Source: an uncultured Gemmataceae bacterium (GTDB taxonomy: Bacteria; Planctomycetota; Planctomycetia; Gemmatales; Gemmataceae). Taken from it: a stretch of DNA of 64,000 nucleotides. Positions 56,763 to 64,000 of the stretch are shown here, in pieces. Each line of letters opens with the position of its first letter. The first letter of the stretch is position 1. The position numbers and the translations under genes were made by a program. The stretch covers positions 800,001-864,000 of the forward strand of contig CAVVPN010000012.1 in the NCBI GenBank assembly GCA_963750165.1, in the 5' to 3' direction. Below the pieces are notes generated by a model, which saw nothing but the letters and a program-made list of their open reading frames with translations, did no database searches and was not told where the DNA came from.

Positions 56763-58006
56763 ATGGTTCGCACATATGGTATCCTGGTGACGGCCGTGAC
56801 CCTGGCCGTGCTGGCGGCGGGCGGGGGGTACGGTCAGGCGCCGAACAGTCCGGTCTACAGTTTGCCGCTGGTCCCTCCCCTGGCACAAAGTCCCGTGTCC
56901 CCGCAGGCTGCCCTGCTGCCGCCTACTGCGGTGGACGAGTCCCCCCTGCCCCCTGCCGGGGGGGCGCCGCCCGGCGTCGTGGGGGTTCAGGCTGCGCCGC
57001 CCTACACGCCTCCTGCCTGGGGGGGGCCGCCCGGTGTGCTGGGGGGGTATCAGGCCGGGCGGTCCTATACGCCCCCTGCCAGGTGTGCGCCGCCAGGCGT
57101 CCTGGGGGTTGAGGCCGGGCCGCCGCCGTGCGCACTGCACGAGGACAACAACGGGTCGCTCCTCAAGTTCGACCCGCTGCTGGAAGACTTGAAGCACGCC
57201 CCGCCAGGCTGGTACGCCGCCGTCGAGGTCGATCTGGTCGGGCCCCACATCGAGAACCGGGTGTCCGACACTCTGGTAACGACCACCGCGGGCACGACCA
57301 ACACGGTCCATCTGCCGATGCCCCGCAGGGCTGGACGGGGTCGCCGCGGTTCGAACTGGGCTACCGGCCCGGCCAGGGAAATCTTGAGGTCTTGATGTCG
57401 TACCGCTTCCTGACGACATCCGGGAACGAGGTGCTGCCAGCCTTCGACGCGGCCGGCAATCCCGGCAACGTCAACAGCCGCCTGGCCTTGAACTCCTTTA
57501 ACCTGGATCTCGCCGGCCGCGAGTTTAGCCTGGGGCCGCTCTGGGACATGAAGTGGCGGGTGGGTGCCCAGGTGAGCAGTGTGTTCTTCGACTCGCAGGC
57601 GGTGAGCCCGGAACTGCTGCAGCGGACCTCCAACAACCTCGTCGGGGCTGGCCCGCACGTGGGTCTCGACCTGACGCGGCGCTTTGCCGAGGCCCCGGGG
57701 TGGGGCCTGTTCATGCGGGCCGAGTCCGCACTGCTCATCAGCGAAATCCACCAGAGTTTCACCGAGTCGATCACGATTCCCGGCGGCGCCCCAGTCAACG
57801 GCGTCGGCCGGCAGGCGCAGACGCAGCCAGCGCCGACCCTGAACATCCAGTTCGGCGTCAACTACACGCCTCCCTGGAACGAGGGGCTGCGCTTCTCGGC
57901 AGGCTACATTTACGAGGAGTGGTGGAACGTCGCCGAGGCGGAATTCCAGAGCAAGGGCAACGTGACGTTTCAGGGCGGCTTCCTGCGAGCGGAGTGGCGG
58001 TATTAA
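56763..58006 (+). CDS. Outer membrane beta-barrel protein (planctomycete BBP7/Lpg1974-like); frameshift near 57322
   Basis: Signal peptide, Pro-rich N-terminus, PRFELGY, GAGPHVGL, SAGYIYEEWW, terminal GGFLRAEWRY. Confidence 0.72.
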
Positions 58007-58010
58007 CGCT

Positions 58011-58039
58011 CTCGTTCCCACGCGGAGCGTGGGAACGAG
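58011..58039. terminator. Hairpin between convergent genes (REP-like, possible bidirectional terminator)
   Basis: CTCGTTCCCACGC-GGA-GCGTGGGAACGAG, 13-bp perfect stem; no clear U tract. Confidence 0.5.
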
Positions 58040-58052
58040 GATGTCGAGGATG

Positions 58053-61000
58053 TTAGTGCGACAACCGGGCGGCGTCGGCCGGCGGTTCGCGATGGCCGTA
58101 GAAGCTGTACAGCACGGGCATCATGTACCGCGTGAGGAACAGCGTCGTGACCATGCCGCCGACGACCACGATGGCCAGCGGACGCTGCGTCTGGGCGCCG
58201 ATGGCCGTCGAGAACGCCGCCGGCAGCAACCCCAGAATGGCCGTCAGTGCCGTCATGGTCACGGGCCGCACGCGCTTCTCGGCCCCCTGCATGATCGCCT
58301 CCTTGACCGGCACCCCCCGGGCCCGCAGGTCGTTGAAGTAGGAGATCATCAGCAGGCCATCCATGATGGCCACGCCGAACAGCGACACGAAGCCGACCGC
58401 GGCCGAGATGCTGAAGTTGGTGCCGGTCAGGAACAGCGCCCAGATGCCGCCCACCGCCAGGGCGAGCACGTTGGACAGGACCACCGTCGCGTCCAGCATC
58501 GACTTGAAGGCAATGTAGAGCAGGATGAAAATCAGCAGTAGCGACGCCGGCACGATAATCAGCAGGCGACCCTCGGCGTCCTCCATTTGCTCGAACTCGC
58601 CGCCGAAGGCCACGCGGTACGGCGGATGGTACAGGTGGGCGGTCTTCTCCTTCACCAGGGCGACGCGGCTGGCCAGATCGTAATCCTCATCGACGCTGTA
58701 CTTGACGGCGATGAAGCGTTTGCCCTGTTCGCGCGTGATCATCGAGCCGCCGGGCGCGAGAAACTGCCCTTGGGGTCGGGCCGCCCGTCCGCGCCCCCTG
58801 GCGACACCAGGTCGCGCAACCGCAGCCGTGTCTGGTAACCGGTGTTCGGCGCTACGTTGGCACTCATCACCGCGGGCAGAAACAGGCCGAAACCGGTCGG
58901 CGAACTGCCCTGCTGCGGCCCCGTGGTCGTCGTCTGCCCCAGGCCGGGCGCCGAGCCGGGTGTCAGCGTGTTGTTCCACACGTCCACCGGAATGTCCAGG
59001 ATCGAACTCTGGTCCCAGCGGCGGTTGAACGGCCAGCGCAGTGTCACGTCAAAGGTCTTTTCGCCCTCGACCATCTGCGTCATGGGGGCGCCGTGGACGG
59101 CGCTGTTGATGACGTTGGTCACGTCCTGCACCTGCACGCCCCAGCGCTTGCACTTCTCCTTGTCCACCACGGGCACCAGGTTCGACTGCCCCATGATGCG
59201 GAACACGCCGATGTCCTTCAGGCCGTCAATCCGGGCCAGCACGTTCTTGGTCCGCGCGGCCAACTCCTCCAACTTGTCCAGGTCCGGTCCATAAATCTTG
59301 ACGGAGTTGTCGCCCTTGACGCCGGAGATGGCCTCCATGACGTTGTCGCGGATGTACTGCGAAAACGCCCACTCGACGCCGGGCATCTTGCGGTTCAACT
59401 CCGCGCTCATGTCGGCCACGAGTTCCCGACGGGTGCGTTTTTTGCGCTGGCCGTTGGGCCGTTGCACCTCCGGCCACTCCTCCTCTTTTTTCAAGGGCAC
59501 GAAGAACTCGACGTTGTTGAAGCCGCCGGGGTCAGTGCCGTCATCCGGGCGGCCCGCCTGCGTGGTGACGGCCGCCACTTCGGGATATTTGGCCGAACTC
59601 ATGACCCGGCGCGCCGTGTGCACGGAATCGGTCACGGCATCCAGCGACGTGTGGACGGGGTAGGTGGCGCGAATCCACAAATTGCCCTCCTCCAACTCGG
59701 GCATGAACTCGCGGCCCAGGTGTATCAGCGGCCAGCAGACGGTCAGCACCACCAGCGCCACCATGAGAGCGACAGTGACCCAGCGGTACTCCAGGCACCG
59801 GCGGAGATTGTTCAGGTAACGCGCCTTCATGATGCGCACAAAGAAGTTGTCCCGAACCGGCTTGATGCCGCGGAAGAACAGCAGGCACAGCACCGGGCAC
59901 AGCGTCAGGCTCAGCATCAGGGCGCCGCCCAGGGCCAGGGCGTAGGTCTGGGCCATCGGCCCGAACAGCTCGCCCTCGGCCCCCGTCATGGTGAACAACG
60001 GCATGAAGGCGCAGATCATGATGCCGGTGGAGAAGAGCAGGGCCTTGTCGATTTCCTTGCTGGCATACAGGATGCGCTCCTTGAGCGGCAGCTCGGCGTG
60101 GTCACCCGAGGAGAGGTGGCGGTAAATGTTCTCGACCATGATGACCGAGGAATCGACGATGATGCCGAAATCGACGGCGCCGATGGACAGCAGGTTGGCC
60201 GACTTGCCACGCAGGTAGAGCGTGGCGAAGGCGAACAGCAGCGCCAACGGAATGTTGATGGCCACGATCAACGCGCTGCGGATGTTGTTGAGGAACATCA
60301 GCAGGATCAGCGTGACCAAGACCATGCCCAGGACCAGGTTGTGCTCGACCGTGTGCGTGGTGACGTGGATCAGTTCCTCACGGTCGTAGTAGGGCTCCAG
60401 TTCGACGCCGGGCAGCAGCCGGCCCGGCTGGTTCAACTCCTCGACCTTGTCCTTGACGGCCTTGATGGCGGGCAGGGACTGTTCGCCCTTACGCATGAGC
60501 ACGATGCCCTGGACCTTCTCGTCGCTGTGCCGCCAGTGGTGGCCCTCGTCATCCAGGGCCCTGTCGAGACTGACCCGGCCCAGGCGCGTCTGGTGGCTGA
60601 CGACGACGCCCCGGGTGCTCGGCGCCTCCCTGTGCGGCAGCGGCCCGCCGTCCACCACGTCGTCGATCTTGATCGGCACGTTGTTGACCGACTTGATAAC
60701 GATGTCGCGGATTTCACTGAGGCGCTTGTTGTCCTCGGCTCGCAGAAACGCGGCGGCCTGCTGCGGGGTCTTCATGGCGAAGGCCCGCTCCATCGGATCC
60801 TTGCCGCCGCCGATGACGCCGATGACACGCACCATCTGCACGGTGCGGCCCTGGACGAGGAAGTCGCCGCCGACGTTGGCGTTGCTGTTGGTCAGGGCGT
60901 TCTGGATGTCCGCGAGGGCGATGCCGAAGCGCTTCATGCGCTCGGGGTCGGGCTGAATCTCGTAGCGCTTGACGGTGCCGCCGGCGCTGGTCACGGCGAT

Positions 61001-61531
61001 GATGCGCGGCACGCGGCGGAACTCACGCTCCACCAGCCAGTCCTGCAGGGCCTTGATGTCGTTGAGGGTGTAGATTTCCTGGCCCAGGGCGTTTTTCGGC
61101 GTCTTCAGGGTGTAGCGGTAGATTTCGCCGATGGGGCTGGCCGGCGAGATCAGCGGCTGAATGCCCGGCGGCAGGTTGGTGACGAACTGCAGGCGGTTGA
61201 TAACCTCCTGCCGCGCCGCGTTGTAGTCGGTGCCGTATTGGAAGACGTTGCGCAGGTGGGTCAGGCCGAACAGCGATCGGCTGTGGGTGGCTTTCAGGCC
61301 GGGCATGCCCGCCAGGGTTACCTCCAGCGGCACGGTGACCTGACGCTCCATATCCTCGGCGGAGGCGCCGGGCCACTGGGCGACGACCTCGACGATGGCC
61401 GGAGCCGGGTCGGGGTACGCCTCAACGTTGATGTTGTTGAAGGCGTAATAGCCGAAGACGGCCAGGGCCACCCCCAGCAACACGACGATCAGCGGACTGT
61501 TGAGGGACCACTCGATGAGTTTGCGAACCAT
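58053..61531 (-). CDS. CusA/CzcA-family RND efflux permease; frameshift near 58760
   Basis: VEAYPDP; ERQVTVPLE; ANLLSIGAVDFGIIVD; FMPELEEG; GRPDDGTD; RVRPVTMTAL…QRPLAIVVVGG. Confidence 0.92.
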
Positions 61532-61606
61532 GTATGGGGAATTCTCCTGCGGTTGCTTTCAGGCAACCGGGCTTCAGGGCTGGGTTGGGTGTGGGATCTT
61601 GCCTCC

Positions 61607-61674
61607 GGCGAGCGGCGCGGCGTCAGCCCGCCGGTACTGCACAGCACCGGCGGGCTGACGCCGCGCCGCTCGCC
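61607..61674. repeat. GC-rich REP-like hairpin between the MFP and RND genes
   Basis: GGCGAGCGGCGCGGCGTCAGCCCGCCGGT … ACCGGCGGGCTGACGCCGCGCCGCTCGCC; related to the 6796 hairpin. Confidence 0.8.
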
Positions 61675-61690
61675 AGGAATGACACGGGAC

Positions 61691-63220
61691 TCATTGATCG
61701 GTGTCGTCGGGCCGTTCCCGGGCCTGAAGGTTTTCGAGGGCCGCGGTCAGCTCCACGACGCCGCGGGTGATGACGCGCTCGCCCGGCAGCAGGGGCTGAA
61801 TCGGCCGCCGGCCGCGCTGGACCTCTGCGCGGGACGTCTGCTCCTCCTCCGGCGTCAGTTTCGTGCGGACGTAGGTGACCTGCTTGAAGCGGCGCACCAC
61901 GGCGACCCGCTTGAGCGTGTACTCCCGTTTGGCCGCGTTGGTCTCCACGAAGACCAGGGCCTGGTTCTCCACCTCGTTGAGGGCCTCGGTGGGAATCTCC
62001 ACCGTGTCCGGGTCGGGCGGCACGAAGATGGTCGCCGTCACGAACTGGCCCACGAGGTACTTGTTACCGCCAGGGTTGTCCAGGTAACCCATGACGATGG
62101 GCGTGTGCTGGTTGGGCTCCAGGCTGGGCGCGACCTGGACGATGTCCAGTGTCAGCGGCGGCGCGTTGGCCGACTCGCTCTGGAGGCGGATCAGCCACTT
62201 GAGCCCCTGGCCGTCGCGTTTCGCCAGCCGTTCGCGCAAGATCGGCAGGTATTCCTCCGGCGGGTGGACCCAGATTTGCAGCCGGCGCAGGTCGGCCAAC
62301 TTGAACAACGGCGTGGGGTTGCCCGGGTCCACCTTTTCGTCGTTGTTGCAGTTCTTCTCGACAATGGTCAATTCCGCGTTCGCGTCGAAGCGGTTGAGCG
62401 GCACCTTCACCTCGTCGCGCGCCCACTTCATCTCCTTGTCGGCGGAGCGCACCAAGTTCTGGTCGATGATGATGTTGGCCTCGCGCTTGATCTTGTCGAT
62501 CTCCTCGTCGGGTAGCTTCCACATCTTCAGGGTGCGCTCAGCGGTGAGCACGGCACCGCTGTCGGCCTGCACCTGGCGCTTGGTGACCTGGACGCTGGCG
62601 TAGGACATGGCCCCTTCCTGGAAGATGTCCAGCTGGCGCTTGAGGGTGGCCTGGCTCAGGCGCAGGGCGCAGACGGCATCCACCAGGGCGGCCTTCTTCT
62701 CGCCCAGGTCGCGGCTCCAGACGACGCAGAGCGTGTCGCCCGGTTTCACCTTATCGAACGCGCGGATCGGCCGCAGTTTCGTGAAGTAGCTGGGCGTATC
62801 GGTGTCCAGCACCATGCGAAATTCCGCCAACTCGCCCGTGAAGCGCGGCTTGACGGTGTAGAGGCGATCCACATCGTAGTTAATGGTGCCGATTTGCGGC
62901 GGCAGCGGCAGCGGCTCCCTGGCCAACTTGACCGTTACGGGCTTGATGCCCAGGCCTTTGACAGCGTCGGCGGTCAGGCGCAGGCCCGGGTTACCATTAG
63001 CGTCGCGGAACAGTTCGGCGGACGTGTTTTCCTCGTCGCCGCCGGGCTGGGCCTTGCGCTTCTTGCCGGGCAGCAGGTTGCTGACGGCATCCTGCGCCGC
63101 GGTGGAGACGGCCATGGTGATGCCACCGCCCACAACCAGCACGGCGAGGACAATCAGCACAACGTATCGAATTCGAGTGGAACGATTGTCAGGCACTGAC
63201 GAGTCCCCGCGTATAGTCAA
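61691..63220 (-). CDS. RND efflux periplasmic adaptor (CzcB-like); start uncertain
   Basis: N-terminal TM anchor; VKPRFTGE; VWSRDLGEKK; LFKLADL; GQFVTA; IPTEAL; PGERVITRG. Confidence 0.85.
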   Translation of the reverse strand: MTIRGDSSVPDNRSTRIRYVVLIVLAVLVVGGGITMAVSTAAQDAVSNLLPGKKRKAQPGGDEENTSAELFRDANGNPGLRLTADAVKGLGIKPVTVKLAREPLPLPPQIGTINYDVDRLYTVKPRFTGELAEFRMVLDTDTPSYFTKLRPIRAFDKVKPGDTLCVVWSRDLGEKKAALVDAVCALRLSQATLKRQLDIFQEGAMSYASVQVTKRQVQADSGAVLTAERTLKMWKLPDEEIDKIKREANIIIDQNLVRSADKEMKWARDEVKVPLNRFDANAELTIVEKNCNNDEKVDPGNPTPLFKLADLRRLQIWVHPPEEYLPILRERLAKRDGQGLKWLIRLQSESANAPPLTLDIVQVAPSLEPNQHTPIVMGYLDNPGGNKYLVGQFVTATIFVPPDPDTVEIPTEALNEVENQALVFVETNAAKREYTLKRVAVVRRFKQVTYVRTKLTPEEEQTSRAEVQRGRRPIQPLLPGERVITRGVVELTAALENLQARERPDDTDQ

Positions 63221-63495
63221 TCAGGTCGGCTAAAGTTCATTGGGGAAGAGTCGATGGTGAGCGCGAGATAAACTCTCCCACACCCATAAAAGCAAACCTG
63301 GTTCCATATCGATGGATTCCGGCAATGGTTGGCGCAAGAGATATGGCTGCAAGGAACTTGCGCCTGATGGTGGGAAAGAGGCCTCCGTGAAAATTCCCGC
63401 GGTTGCTGGTCTGGCACCAACCAGGCTGGTCAAAGGACGTACAGACCGCCTGGTTTTCCCGACCGGCAAGCTCAGCGGGGGCAGGCCGGTGTTTG

Positions 63496-63876
63496 TCAGG
63501 CTTGCGGGTGGGTCGAGAGCCAGAGCCGGGCGAGCGCGCCTACGACCGACTGCGGCCCGGCCCCGGCCACGCCGACTGTCTCGACCGTCGTCCCCCCGGC
63601 GGCCAGCGTGCCCGCCCAGGTGCCGTCCGGTTGGAGGGTCAGCGTCACCTGCGCCCCCGCCGGGAGTTGCTTGAGCGCCTCCCCCTTGGGGATCGGGGCC
63701 ATTCGCCGCTGCTCCTCGTCCAGCCTGGCGACACACGCGGCGCAGCGGGTCCGCTGGAACTTGGCCAGCCGCTGCGCTCGGTACTTGTCCACCTCATAGT
63801 GCTGGAACTCCTGCTGATGGCCGCAGGCCCGCTTGACCAGCGGCCGCGCCACGATCCTGCCTGATGGTTCGGTCAT
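63496..63876 (-). CDS. Hypothetical protein with a possible metal-binding CGH…CxxC motif
   Basis: GAGGAGA RBS before ATG 63876; RACGH…RCAAC. Confidence 0.6.
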   Translation of the reverse strand: MTEPSGRIVARPLVKRACGHQQEFQHYEVDKYRAQRLAKFQRTRCAACVARLDEEQRRMAPIPKGEALKQLPAGAQVTLTLQPDGTWAGTLAAGGTTVETVGVAGAGPQSVVGALARLWLSTHPQA

Positions 63877-64000
63877 CGTCGCTCTCCTCGTTCCGGGCGG
63901 CACACCGTCAGTCTACGAATTACCGCCCCGTTAGGCGAAACTTCACCGGCAGCGGTCCCGGCGGCGCGTGGCAATATCTGGCGAATCTTCTTGACGATGC

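Noticed and set aside
59093..62515. 1140-aa plus-strand ORF
   Set aside because: Antisense shadow of the RND permease and adaptor genes.
63412..63427. Sigma-54-like motif TGGCACCAACCAGGCT on the plus strand
   Set aside because: Poor -12 element, and it points toward no plus-strand gene.

Overview
High-GC bacterial DNA whose gene content (DUF1559 prepilin, 'LEALEAR' planctomycete export motif, WD40 protein with DxxGxPLPxGAxARLG motif, long-form ACP) points to a Planctomycete, probably Gemmataceae-like (inference). Left to right: three tandem exported cupredoxin-like proteins; a membrane protein; a minus-strand unit (DUF1559 prepilin, lipoprotein, RsbW-type kinase, three mosaic ~900-970 aa beta-helix/DUF4214 surface proteins) behind a sigma-54 promoter; two paralogous PAS hybrid kinase + NtrC-type activator modules; a carbamoyltransferase/SxtJ/DUF5989/SGNH/radical SAM cluster containing a collapsed carB remnant; a WD40 protein; a sigma-54 ACP-TolC-HlyD-MFS operon; a PilT-family ATPase; a sigma-54-preceded alpha-glucan cluster (one intact GT4, two catalytically degenerate GT4 paralogs, two GH57, a zinc-finger protein, glgX); and a TolC/beta-barrel pair converging on a CzcA-type RND pump. 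No rRNA, tRNA, CRISPR array, integrase or transposase was seen. Most notable: the non-canonical alpha-glucan cluster with pseudo-glycosyltransferases; different short palindromic or tandem micro-repeats inserted in frame at the same two positions of both kinases; a candidate sigma-54 regulon with a shared dyad enhancer; and three multiply deleted gene remnants. Many single-base frameshifts probably reflect assembly indel errors. All family assignments come from motif recognition by eye, not database searches.
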